Assembly (NCBI GenBank): GCA_965261395.1
Contig: OZ253462.1
Span: 5,664,001-5,728,000 of the forward strand
Length of the DNA stretch: 64,000 bases
Origin: Candidatus Latescibacterota bacterium
GTDB taxonomy: Bacteria > Latescibacterota > UBA2968 > UBA8231
Direction of reading: 5' to 3'
Below are positions 38,682 through 47,860 of this stretch, one piece after another. A program made the translations under genes and the position numbers. Every line of letters starts with the position of its first letter. Within the stretch, counting starts at the first letter, position 1. The notes beneath the pieces were generated by a model, which worked only from the letters and a program-made list of their open reading frames with translations, was not told the origin of the DNA and did no database searches.

Positions 38682-40670
38682 TTAGATTTGCGTGAGAAAG
38701 CTCCCTATGTGTCCGGTTATATAATCCAGCACCAGCCATCCGCCCGCCGCCACGATTTCGCCCAGAATCAGGCCGAGAAAAAACGGCCGTAAATCCCGGT
38801 ACAGCTTGGGACCGCCGTAGCGCAGAATCAACAGTTTGAGCAGCCACGCGAGAAAGGCGCTGCCAAAGATATGTCCCGTCTTCCAGTTGGCGCTGATGGT
38901 ATAGCCGAGGGGATTGAGCGGCCACCAGACGAACTGGTGCCGCGCCCACATCAGCAGGGCCATCACCCCCCCACCAATGCCCATGAACAGCCAAGCGTCC
39001 AGTCTTGGGCCGGGCAGCTCTGCGGCGATGCGCGGAGCCATATCCCGAGGGCCGAAGGTGGGGGCCTGCCCCACGAAAAAGAGCGGATTGAGATTGATGC
39101 CCCCGTATTTGTAGGCCAGCACTAAGGTCATATACGACGAGCCGGCTAGACTGACCACAATGGCAATGACTACGGCCCAGAATAGCCGGCGCTTGGAACC
39201 GGTGATGATCTCACCCATCTTCAGCCCGTTGGCTACAGACGACATGACAAAGGAGCGCACTTCGGAATGCCAGCCATAGGAAAAGCCCAGGGCTACTAGC
39301 CCCGAAGCACCCAAAGCCGAGGCCCCGGCCCCCGAAATGACAAAGCTCGAAGTCATGATAGGGGGCCGCATGGCCGGGATGCCCCCTTCGGCCACTACCC
39401 GAGTTAGCCCTATAAATAGCATCATGGCACCAAAGATGAATAACAGCGCCGTGGGAAGAGTTAGTCCCATCATACATAGGCAGACTACCACTAGGGCAAG
39501 CGCCGCTAACAGGCCGAAAAGGGCCTGCCGGTAGGATAGCATCTCGCCGCTGTCGTCTACTTCTTCGTCGCCATGGAAGGCTTTGCGGTATACATCTTGT
39601 AAATGGTCGCGTCCCACCCACAACCCCACCAGCACAAAGACTATCATAGAGCCCATACCCTGATGGGCCAGGAAAGGTTCGATAGAGTAGAAATCGATCC
39701 GCTGCGTGCTCTGCAAGCCGACGATATTGAAGATGCCCCGCTGGATGGTGGTGAGGATGTAGAATATCCAGATCGAAGCCGTGATATCGAGGTTGACGAA
39801 ATAGAAAAAACCTGTCCAGGGCGGACTAAACCAGAAATTCAGGCTGACTGTATCGCGGAACAAGGGCAATGCGAAGGTTTTGGTGATCTGGGGAAAGCTC
39901 GGAAAGTAGGAGTGCAGGCCGTTGACACTGAGCAGAATGAATGATACGGCAAAGCCGACCCACATGGCTTTGTTGGTGAAAAACGACCGGCCGATTGCTC
40001 CTTCTTTTTCTCGGCCGATCATCTCCATAGGCACTTGGACCAGTGGATAAACCAGCTTTTCCCGGTCCATCCACTGGCGACGTAGAATGACCATGGTGCA
40101 GATCATGGCGAAGCTGAGCACCAAAAAAAACCCGTACCAGAAACTCAGCGGTACGACCCAGATGTCCCAGGGGATAGCCTGGCCTTCGGGCAGACCCTCA
40201 AAGAAAAAACGCGCCGCGTTTTCGCCCCGAGGAATCATCCAGCTGGGGATGTACTGGTTGTAGAGAAAATCCCAGTTGTTCTCGGGCGTGGCATAGTAGG
40301 TGGAGCCGAGTAAACAGGGTATGATGAACTGGGTGAAACCCATGCCGGGAACACAGCAGGCCACCGCCAGCATGATGTAGATGGTTACCAACTCGGCTTG
40401 GTTCAAGGCCAGGGGCCGGCGGAGACAGGCGATCAAGGCACTGGCAAGCACGACAAAAAAGAAAAAGAACAGAGCCGCCGGGGTGCTGAAGTTCAGGGTT
40501 AGATACGAACCTCGGATGAGGGTCGTAGCATAGGCGTCGAGGAGATTTAGCAGAAAGGCCAGTACCGCCCCCAGCAAGATGGCCCGGGACGAGACACCTT
40601 CAAAGTCCCCGTAGGTCGGCTGGCTTCTTTTTAGCCATGTGAGGTGTTGAGGCGGAATTCTCTTTTTCAA
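38682..40670 (-). CDS. DUF6785/DUF6784-like polytopic membrane protein (putative transporter)
   Basis: Many TMs; YATPEN.W, RRQW...EKL.YPL, RVVAEGG, WWPLNPLG, YGG..LY....PFFLGLILGE. Confidence 0.75.
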   Translation of the reverse strand: MKKRIPPQHLTWLKRSQPTYGDFEGVSSRAILLGAVLAFLLNLLDAYATTLIRGSYLTLNFSTPAALFFFFFVVLASALIACLRRPLALNQAELVTIYIMLAVACCVPGMGFTQFIIPCLLGSTYYATPENNWDFLYNQYIPSWMIPRGENAARFFFEGLPEGQAIPWDIWVVPLSFWYGFFLVLSFAMICTMVILRRQWMDREKLVYPLVQVPMEMIGREKEGAIGRSFFTNKAMWVGFAVSFILLSVNGLHSYFPSFPQITKTFALPLFRDTVSLNFWFSPPWTGFFYFVNLDITASIWIFYILTTIQRGIFNIVGLQSTQRIDFYSIEPFLAHQGMGSMIVFVLVGLWVGRDHLQDVYRKAFHGDEEVDDSGEMLSYRQALFGLLAALALVVVCLCMMGLTLPTALLFIFGAMMLFIGLTRVVAEGGIPAMRPPIMTSSFVISGAGASALGASGLVALGFSYGWHSEVRSFVMSSVANGLKMGEIITGSKRRLFWAVVIAIVVSLAGSSYMTLVLAYKYGGINLNPLFFVGQAPTFGPRDMAPRIAAELPGPRLDAWLFMGIGGGVMALLMWARHQFVWWPLNPLGYTISANWKTGHIFGSAFLAWLLKLLILRYGGPKLYRDLRPFFLGLILGEIVAAGGWLVLDYITGHIGSFLTQI

Positions 40671-40744
40671 TACTTGTCTCTATGGGCTATCATATGTCGT
40701 ATTTTAACTAATGGATAAGCCGTTTGAGTGACAAAGAGAGGCGT

Positions 40745-41539
40745 TTATTTTTTCATCACTAGGCGTGCTCCAATAGCACAGTAGCGGAGCGATTGATCAA
40801 AGCTGAAGCGTTTGGCCGACCGCACATTGCGGGCATGATTGACAAAGCCGCCTCCGCGCATAACGCGGGTAGAGCCTGAAGCAGCTCCTGTAGGATCTAT
40901 CTGTTTGGCGTTTGCATAGGCGTTGTTGTACCAGTCTTGTACCCACTCCCATACATTGCCGTGCATATCGTACAGACCCCACGGATTCGGCTGCTTTGAA
41001 CCCACCGGCTGGGCAAATTTTCCCCTCGCTTCACCCACGTTCCCTAGGTACCACGCATAGTCGCCCAACTGGCTTTCGTCGTCCCCGAAGGAACGGCTCG
41101 TCGTGGTCCCTGCCCGGCAGGCGTATTCCCACTCGGCTTCGGTGGGCAGGCGGTACAAATCCCTGTCGGCGGCTTCGTTTAAGCGGCGGAGGAATTCCTG
41201 CATATCGACCCACGAGATATAGACTGCCGGGTGATTTGGCTCGGCCTGGACGTACTTGCGTCGGGTCCACGGCGCTGTCCCCATCACCGCGACCCATTGG
41301 GCTTGGGTAATCTCAAATTTACCCAGATAGAATCCTTTGCTTATCGAGACCTCGTGCTGCGGACCTTCGTCTTCGCCCCGTGTGGGAGATGAAGCTGGCG
41401 ATCCCATCAGAAAAGTACCTGGTTCAATCCACACAAATTCCATCGCGACTCCGTCGCGAAGTTCCACAACAATGTTCTCGGATCGCCCTATCGCCGCGCA
41501 CGTGATGCCCATCATTAGGGCGGCAAAAATCTGCTTCAT
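40745..41539 (-). CDS. Formylglycine-generating enzyme (SUMF1/FGE-sulfatase) domain protein, exported
   Basis: F.MGS, E.PQH.V, RLPTEAEWEYACRAG, PNPWGLYDMHGNVWEW, RGG; the catalytic Cys pair of true FGE is not seen. Confidence 0.9.
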   Translation of the reverse strand: MKQIFAALMMGITCAAIGRSENIVVELRDGVAMEFVWIEPGTFLMGSPASSPTRGEDEGPQHEVSISKGFYLGKFEITQAQWVAVMGTAPWTRRKYVQAEPNHPAVYISWVDMQEFLRRLNEAADRDLYRLPTEAEWEYACRAGTTTSRSFGDDESQLGDYAWYLGNVGEARGKFAQPVGSKQPNPWGLYDMHGNVWEWVQDWYNNAYANAKQIDPTGAASGSTRVMRGGGFVNHARNVRSAKRFSFDQSLRYCAIGARLVMKK

Positions 41540-41629
41540 TCCGCACCTCTGGATTCATAAATGCGAGAGCATAGGACTTTTTAGCAAAAAAGCCGCAAAA
41601 CCACCACCGCGTCCTATGATCCCCCGTCC

Positions 41630-41658
41630 TTGCCGCAGCAAAGGGTAATCTCTATAAT
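41630..41658 (+). promoter_or_regulatory. Sigma70 promoter for the FG-GAP gene
   Basis: TTGCCG-17nt-TATAAT, with the -10 ending 43 nt upstream of ATG 41702. Confidence 0.6.
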
Positions 41659-41701
41659 TGCGACCATTATCTGCTTAGTTTACCTCTACAGCGATGAGTA
41701 T

Positions 41702-43393
41702 ATGGACTTTTTTTACTGCCGCCGGGCCCTTGCTTTTGCCTTGGCACTGGCCGTGCTGCTGCCGGAATCTGTCCTACCCCAATTCACCGACCAGACGGAG
41801 GAGGCGCACATCGCCTTCCAATACGTGGCCGGCGGACCTGAGAAAAAGCACATTGTCGAAACCTCCGGCGGAGGGGCTGCTTTTTTTGATTACGACAATG
41901 ATGGCGACCTCGACCTGTACGCGGTCAACGGCGCTACTGTCAATACCTACCGGCAAAAATCCGGACCGGGCAATATTCTCTACCGCAACCAAGGCAACGG
42001 CACCTTTGCTGATGTGACCTTACTAGCCGGCGTGGGGGACCGCAGTTGGGGCATGGGTTGCACCGTGGGCGACATCGACGGCGACGGGTACCGCGATCTT
42101 TACGTGACCAATTACGGCCCCAATATTCTCTACCGCAACCGAGGCAACGGCACCTTTGTGGACATTTCCACCGGGGTAGCAGGGAACGATTATAGCTCCA
42201 GCGCCGCTTTTTTTGATTACGATGGCGACGGCGATCTCGACCTCTACATAGCCAATTATCTGGTCTACGACTTTGACTCCCCTCCGGATAAGGTCTGCAC
42301 CTACGAGGGAATCGAGATCTTCTGCGGTCCCCAAGGCCTACCTGGAGCCGCCGACCGGTTCTACCGCAACAATGGGGATAACACCTTCACCGACGTCACC
42401 CGTCCCTCGGGTATCTCTTGGGCCAACCGCTACTACGGGTTGGGCGTACTGCCCGCAGACTTCGACAACGATGGCGACACCGATCTCCTCGTGGCCAATG
42501 ACGCAACCCCCAATGTGCTCTTCGACAACAACGGCGATGGCACCTTTGGCGAAATTGGTCTCAAAGCAGGCATCGCGTACAACGAATACGGCGAAGAAGA
42601 GGCGGGTATGGGGGTCAGCGGTGGAGACTACGACGCCGACGGTGACATCGACCTCTATATAACCCATTTTTTTCGCGAGAGTAATACCTTCTACCGCAAC
42701 GACGGGCCGGACCATTTCAAAGATATAACGGCCCAGATCGGCCTAGAAGAACCCACACTTGGAATGCTGGGGTGGGGCACCCAATTTTTCGACTACGACA
42801 GGGACGGCGACTTGGATCTATTCGTCGCTAACGGCCATGTCTATCCGCAGGTGGCTAGCACTATTGCGAACACTTCCTACCCCCAGCGCAATCAGTTGAT
42901 CCGCAACGAAGGCTGCGACCGTTTAATCGATCTAGGGGCTGCGGCTGGCCCGGGAATGAACCTTAAAAGAGTCAGCCGCGGTGCCAGTTTCGGCGACTAC
43001 GACAACGACGGCGATATGGACATTTTCGTAGTCAATTTGGATGAGGCGGCCACCCTACTGCGCAACGATTTTACTTCCACTAACAACTGGCTCGTGGTCC
43101 AACTTCTGGGCCGTGGCCCCAATCGCGACGCCGTCGGTGCCAAGATCCGTTTGCTGGCCGGCGGCCGATCCCAATGGCGCACGGCCAACGGCGCTTCCAG
43201 CTATCTCTCCTACAACGATATGCGTATTTTCTTCGGCTTGGGGGGGGCGGAAGGGGCAGATGAAGTGGAGATCACTTGGCCCGACGGCACTCGTCAAACA
43301 GTGCCATCGGCACCAGCCAATAAGCTGGTGGTGGTGCGCCAGAACGGCCCCTACGCCTTTATGGAGATGGGGGCCAACCTCTACGCAGAGTAG
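41702..43393 (+). CDS. CRTAC1 / ASPIC-UnbV family FG-GAP beta-propeller protein
   Basis: Repeated DYDNDGDLD Ca-binding loops, ANGH.YPQ, SRGASFGD, NRDAVGA..., C-terminal SYLS...FGLG...I.WP.G. Confidence 0.92.
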   Translation: MDFFYCRRALAFALALAVLLPESVLPQFTDQTEEAHIAFQYVAGGPEKKHIVETSGGGAAFFDYDNDGDLDLYAVNGATVNTYRQKSGPGNILYRNQGNGTFADVTLLAGVGDRSWGMGCTVGDIDGDGYRDLYVTNYGPNILYRNRGNGTFVDISTGVAGNDYSSSAAFFDYDGDGDLDLYIANYLVYDFDSPPDKVCTYEGIEIFCGPQGLPGAADRFYRNNGDNTFTDVTRPSGISWANRYYGLGVLPADFDNDGDTDLLVANDATPNVLFDNNGDGTFGEIGLKAGIAYNEYGEEEAGMGVSGGDYDADGDIDLYITHFFRESNTFYRNDGPDHFKDITAQIGLEEPTLGMLGWGTQFFDYDRDGDLDLFVANGHVYPQVASTIANTSYPQRNQLIRNEGCDRLIDLGAAAGPGMNLKRVSRGASFGDYDNDGDMDIFVVNLDEAATLLRNDFTSTNNWLVVQLLGRGPNRDAVGAKIRLLAGGRSQWRTANGASSYLSYNDMRIFFGLGGAEGADEVEITWPDGTRQTVPSAPANKLVVVRQNGPYAFMEMGANLYAE

Positions 43394-43406
43394 GGCCTAT
43401 GGGCCT

Positions 43407-45071
43407 CTACCCCTCCCCGAAAGCGGCTTTGAGGTTATCCTCTCGAATAACCATTTTCGCTGCGTATTTATTCCGCAGTTCTTCGATAAACTGATTAAAG
43501 GTCTTTTTCTCTTTTTCTCTTTTAAGTTGGGACCGGACTCTCCACTCGGCTTCCGCAAAAGTCTCCCGCTTACGCCCCCTGGAAAGCACCTTAAATATGG
43601 AATAACCCTCATTGACCTTGGCTGGCCCGGTGAGCGCACCTATCTCGGCTTTTTCGGCGACTTCTACAAAACCGCCGAAAAAGTCCTTTTCGAAAAGGTG
43701 GAAGTGGAATCGGCCTTCTTCATCTCGATCCTCTAGCGACCGGATAGAATACTTCTTGGCCAAATCGCCTAATGGGGCTCCCTTTTGGATCTGCTCCATC
43801 AAGCTCAGTGCCTCGGTCTCCGTCTCTACCAGAATCTCCTGTACTTCGATTTGCTCGGGGTGCAGATACCTTTCCGCATGGGCCTCGTAAAATTGGCGTA
43901 ACTCGTTTTCAGCGATGGTCACTTTAGCTCTTAGAACTCGCGCCCTGAGGGCTCTTGTTAAAAATTGCTTTGCCTGATCATCCAACCACTCGACCGTTGC
44001 TGCTTCCCCATCTATGCCAGCACGCAGGGCTGCTTCTACGAGCATCGCATTGGGCACGACATGGCGCGCGGCAAAAGCGACCACTTGGCTGGAGTCGCTG
44101 ATTTGGGCCAAGGCATTGCCTTTCAGGGCGCGGTCAGCTTCTGCCAAATCTTGAGCGGTTATTTCTCCGCCGTCGTACCTATAGAGAACTATATTGCGTT
44201 CAGCCTCCGTGGCAAAAGAGGTGCCGCCCCGCACTTTTTCGACAATGAGAGCGAGACCTTCCCGGTCCAATTCGAGGTGGTATTTTTCTTTGAGTTCAGC
44301 GACTAAGGTCAATCGCGCCCGCTGGTTTTTCTCCTCTTTTAGTCCCATTTGGATCGCCAGTTTCCTATCAGGACTGAGTTCGATGGTAGAATCGGCTATG
44401 ACCGTGAAAATCGAATAGTGCCCACCGATTTTTATAGGCTCGGAGACTTGGCCCAAGGCGAGGGAAAATAGCTTGTCTTGCAGGGGCGTGATCATTTGTT
44501 CTCGGGTGGTATAACGGCCCAAGTCCCCGCCTTGGGCCAAGGTTTTTTTGTTTATGGACCATTGCTTGGCGACTTGCCCAAAAGGCACCCCATTTTTGAG
44601 CTCCCGGAGGACGGCCAAGGCATTCTCTCGGCTGGGAACCATTATATCGGCCAATCTGATCGCTCTAGTGAGCCCCATGCGTTCAGCGTATTCCCGCACT
44701 TCGCTCTCCTCCACTTCCTCCTCTACCTCCAGCGCTCTGTCTTGGAAAGTGCTGGCCAACTTTTCTTGCCGGACCTGGGCCAGCCGGGTGCGAAATTCAG
44801 GGCTTTCGTCGAGGTCGGCCGCCTGCGCCTCCATGATCATCAGTTCGATATTGATCATGGTGTTCAAATGATTCCTCGCTTCTTCTACCCCAGTGTGCTC
44901 CGCCTTGGCATATTCGGGGAGGCCATCCATAAATTCCTGCAACTGGTCAACCGTTATCTCCTCATCACCTATCTGAGCGACGACCCGGTCTCCTGTTTCC
45001 ACTGTGCAACCCATGAGAACGGTTAAAATCACGAGTAATAAAAGCCCAAATACAGTCATCTCTCTTGGCAT
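43407..45071 (-). CDS. PpiC/parvulin-type peptidyl-prolyl isomerase lipoprotein (SurA/PrsA-like foldase)
   Basis: Lipobox VLMGC; VVA.IG..EIT; two parvulin-like domains (F..VAKQWS...GGDLG; EILV...LAKKYS). Confidence 0.82.
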   Translation of the reverse strand: MPREMTVFGLLLLVILTVLMGCTVETGDRVVAQIGDEEITVDQLQEFMDGLPEYAKAEHTGVEEARNHLNTMINIELMIMEAQAADLDESPEFRTRLAQVRQEKLASTFQDRALEVEEEVEESEVREYAERMGLTRAIRLADIMVPSRENALAVLRELKNGVPFGQVAKQWSINKKTLAQGGDLGRYTTREQMITPLQDKLFSLALGQVSEPIKIGGHYSIFTVIADSTIELSPDRKLAIQMGLKEEKNQRARLTLVAELKEKYHLELDREGLALIVEKVRGGTSFATEAERNIVLYRYDGGEITAQDLAEADRALKGNALAQISDSSQVVAFAARHVVPNAMLVEAALRAGIDGEAATVEWLDDQAKQFLTRALRARVLRAKVTIAENELRQFYEAHAERYLHPEQIEVQEILVETETEALSLMEQIQKGAPLGDLAKKYSIRSLEDRDEEGRFHFHLFEKDFFGGFVEVAEKAEIGALTGPAKVNEGYSIFKVLSRGRKRETFAEAEWRVRSQLKREKEKKTFNQFIEELRNKYAAKMVIREDNLKAAFGEG

Positions 45072-45110
45072 TCAGCTTAGATCTCCTCTGTACTCCTACG
45101 CACTGGTAGA

Positions 45111-47822
45111 TTAGTCCAAACCGGCAAATACCGTGGCAAAAGCCATTCTGCCCGTTTCGGTTTCGTTGTCTATGGCTCTTCTGGTCAGCCTGAGTCCCAT
45201 CAGGGTCGTCAAACTGTAGCCCAAGTAATTTGAATTATTGGCAAACTGGGCCGCGCCGACAATTTCACTGAAGTCGTCCAGCAGTCCTTCCTTGACCGCC
45301 GTATCCGCATCCCTGAGCTGCTGGAAGATGGTATACTCCACACCTGCCTGCATAGTGGAGTTATTAAACAATGGCCACCGAGTCAGCAGAGAGAAAATCA
45401 GGGTGTCTTCCTTGCGTTGCGGATCTGCTTTAAGCGCTGGAGACTCTATCCTCAGTTCATTTTTAATTTTTGGCTGGATATCGAGATTAACGAATTTGAA
45501 AATATAGTCCACTTTATTGATCAGGCCCGCAAAAACGAAGTCTCGCCGCAAATCGGGCTGTTTCTGCCTTTGATGCCAGCGGTCGTATTTTAGCTTGTTG
45601 ACGAGATTTAGATTCTTCAGCTTGGTATATTTGAAGCTTATATAGGACGAATTTATCCACGTATTCCGGGCCGCCAGAGGATCAATTGTAGGGATGTTGC
45701 GCCTCTCAAATTCGTCCCACTGGCGCAGGTCATTTTCTATATTGTCCTTGGCCAGCCTAAAATTCTCAAAAATCCTCACCCTGCCTAGGCCGGGGTAATC
45801 CTTTTCCAGCGTAAGAAGCAAATAGTGGGTAGTATTTTCTCCATCGCCGGCAATGAGGGTTTCGTCGGTGCGGCCGACCGTCAACCTCATTGCTGGAGTA
45901 ATGTTGACGCCCGCATAAAGGTTGTACCCACTTAAATCCCGATCATAGGGGAAATCTGCTTCATCGTCGTTTTCGAACCGGTCCACCCAGATATTGTTGT
46001 TCATATCTATGCCGAATAGATATTCGGGTCGGTCCGTAGAATAGCGCAGAAAAGGCTCGTCGTAGTCGGGCACTAAGTTGGGTAGATCTTCGCTGTCGTT
46101 TTGATTGAAATCGGAAACAAAATCGACGTTTTCATCCAAGCCGGGAAATACGCTCAAGTCTATGCTTTCGTTTATCCTCTGCCAATCGGGGTACCGATCC
46201 TGATCGTCGTTGTCGTCGACGAGTTCGTAGTAGAATCTCGTCCGGTCTTCGTAATCTATGTTGACCTCGCCCCGGGCCAAGATAGCGCTTGTATTGTAAT
46301 TGTGGTCCATACTGTAAGCCTCACCAAAAAGGAACCACGGCTGAGCGGTTTTCGATAGGTTCACCATCCAGCCATCGCCTTGGTCAAAAGCCGACAGGTG
46401 TTTTGTATGCTGCCTGTTGGGGTATTTTCGGTAACTCCTACTGCGGTCGAATTCGCCGTAGAAATCAAGCCCACCAATATTGTTCACCTCCAGAGTGAAA
46501 CCGAAAATTTCGGTGGCGGTCGGCAAACCGTACGGGATCTTGATGACTCTGAGATTGGAGCCATCTTTGACGTTTTCTTGGGCTCTGGCCGCCAGTAGAA
46601 ACACGTTGCTGTTCTGTCGGTTAGTCTGGCGGTTCGAAGACACCTCGATTCGGTAGTCGTTGGCAACGACTATTTCAAAAGTCACTTTTCTTATCTCCGA
46701 GGGGTCGGGGCCAGTGTAGGTTCCCTCGGAAAAATCGTATACCAATTCGATCTGCTCAGAGCCGCTGGCTTCCCAGAAACCCAAGCGCTGAAAGCCGCCC
46801 TGAGGCGAGGGCTTGAGACCGGCCTCGCTGGCCCGGACAACCTCTCGCCTAAACCCTCGTTCTCCCTCTTCATCAATGATTTCGACTTCGGCTTCTATGA
46901 GCATATCCCAAGCAAAGAGGGTAGCGCCGCCTTCGTTATCTTCGGGCGAATCGTCGGTCAGACGGACGAAAAGCTGGGTGATATTTTCAGCGTTTTGGCT
47001 AGAAGTAATCGAACCACTTCTAGGGGTTCCTTCAAAGGCATCTAAGAGTTGGAAGGAATTGTGGGCACTTACATAGTTGGCCCCGATGCTGACGAAATCG
47101 CCCACTTGGGCAACGGCCCGCCCACCCATCAGCGTTGTCAGGCTGGTCGTTTGGTTGACCGCAGGGTTACGAGTACCGGCTCCGCCGGGAGAAGAGATCC
47201 GCGAGAGGATCGTCGTGACCTGGTATTTGTCGGCTTGGTAGTCCACCTGGATTCCGTCCAAGGCCGGCTTTGAGAAGGTCATTGGGGTAAGGGTCGAGCG
47301 GATCTCATTGCCTATGGTTATGGCCAAGTTATGTTGCCCCTTTTGATCAGAGGCAATGACCAAATTGCTGAAAAAGTTTCGGAATCTCTCAGTCTTGAAT
47401 AAATTGCTGCCCCCTTGCTGGGGCTGCGTCTGGGACCAGTCGTAGATCAACCACCCCCTAGTGATGTAAGAACCGTAAATGTCGTAGAAATAATCCCCGG
47501 CTAAATTGATATCCACATAGCGATTGTAGTGGTCTCTGGCGTAGTTGGAGTATTCCCACTGTTTCCAACGGTATTCTAGGAAAAGTTCTTGAGATACGTA
47601 CCACTTTTTGACCGCCGGGTCCAAGGCTCCAAACAGCACGCCGGACCCGGTTGGTTCAAAGGTGAGTTCGGCTCCCCGGCGCACGCCTTTTATACGCGCC
47701 GGATCGACATCTTGGGCTTGCGCGTCGGTGTCGAAAGCTAGCGTGGACGAGAGTAAGGAGCAAACTATGGTAGCTAGATTAATACCGCGTATTAGAGTGC
47801 TGCGAATATGGCAGGTCAGCAT
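45111..47822 (-). CDS. Large exported hypothetical protein, probable outer-membrane beta-rich protein
   Basis: Signal peptide, aromatic-rich alternating beta patterns, Asp/Asn-rich Ca-binding-like loops, C-terminal FATVFAGLD. Confidence 0.7.
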   Translation of the reverse strand: MLTCHIRSTLIRGINLATIVCSLLSSTLAFDTDAQAQDVDPARIKGVRRGAELTFEPTGSGVLFGALDPAVKKWYVSQELFLEYRWKQWEYSNYARDHYNRYVDINLAGDYFYDIYGSYITRGWLIYDWSQTQPQQGGSNLFKTERFRNFFSNLVIASDQKGQHNLAITIGNEIRSTLTPMTFSKPALDGIQVDYQADKYQVTTILSRISSPGGAGTRNPAVNQTTSLTTLMGGRAVAQVGDFVSIGANYVSAHNSFQLLDAFEGTPRSGSITSSQNAENITQLFVRLTDDSPEDNEGGATLFAWDMLIEAEVEIIDEEGERGFRREVVRASEAGLKPSPQGGFQRLGFWEASGSEQIELVYDFSEGTYTGPDPSEIRKVTFEIVVANDYRIEVSSNRQTNRQNSNVFLLAARAQENVKDGSNLRVIKIPYGLPTATEIFGFTLEVNNIGGLDFYGEFDRSRSYRKYPNRQHTKHLSAFDQGDGWMVNLSKTAQPWFLFGEAYSMDHNYNTSAILARGEVNIDYEDRTRFYYELVDDNDDQDRYPDWQRINESIDLSVFPGLDENVDFVSDFNQNDSEDLPNLVPDYDEPFLRYSTDRPEYLFGIDMNNNIWVDRFENDDEADFPYDRDLSGYNLYAGVNITPAMRLTVGRTDETLIAGDGENTTHYLLLTLEKDYPGLGRVRIFENFRLAKDNIENDLRQWDEFERRNIPTIDPLAARNTWINSSYISFKYTKLKNLNLVNKLKYDRWHQRQKQPDLRRDFVFAGLINKVDYIFKFVNLDIQPKIKNELRIESPALKADPQRKEDTLIFSLLTRWPLFNNSTMQAGVEYTIFQQLRDADTAVKEGLLDDFSEIVGAAQFANNSNYLGYSLTTLMGLRLTRRAIDNETETGRMAFATVFAGLD

Positions 47823-47860
47823 GAGAGTTCCACCCTAGCTTTCAAGTAAAATGGGAATAA

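Noticed and set aside
40745-41539. DGR target or true formylglycine-generating enzyme
   Set aside because: No reverse transcriptase or TR/VR repeat in the window, and the catalytic Cys pair is not seen.
41900-43050. Recurrent GACTACGACAACGACGGCGA-like nucleotide repeats (also 55.9-57.0 and 59.3-60.4 kb)
   Set aside because: They encode FG-GAP DxDxDG loops; irregular spacing and degenerate sequence, not CRISPR.
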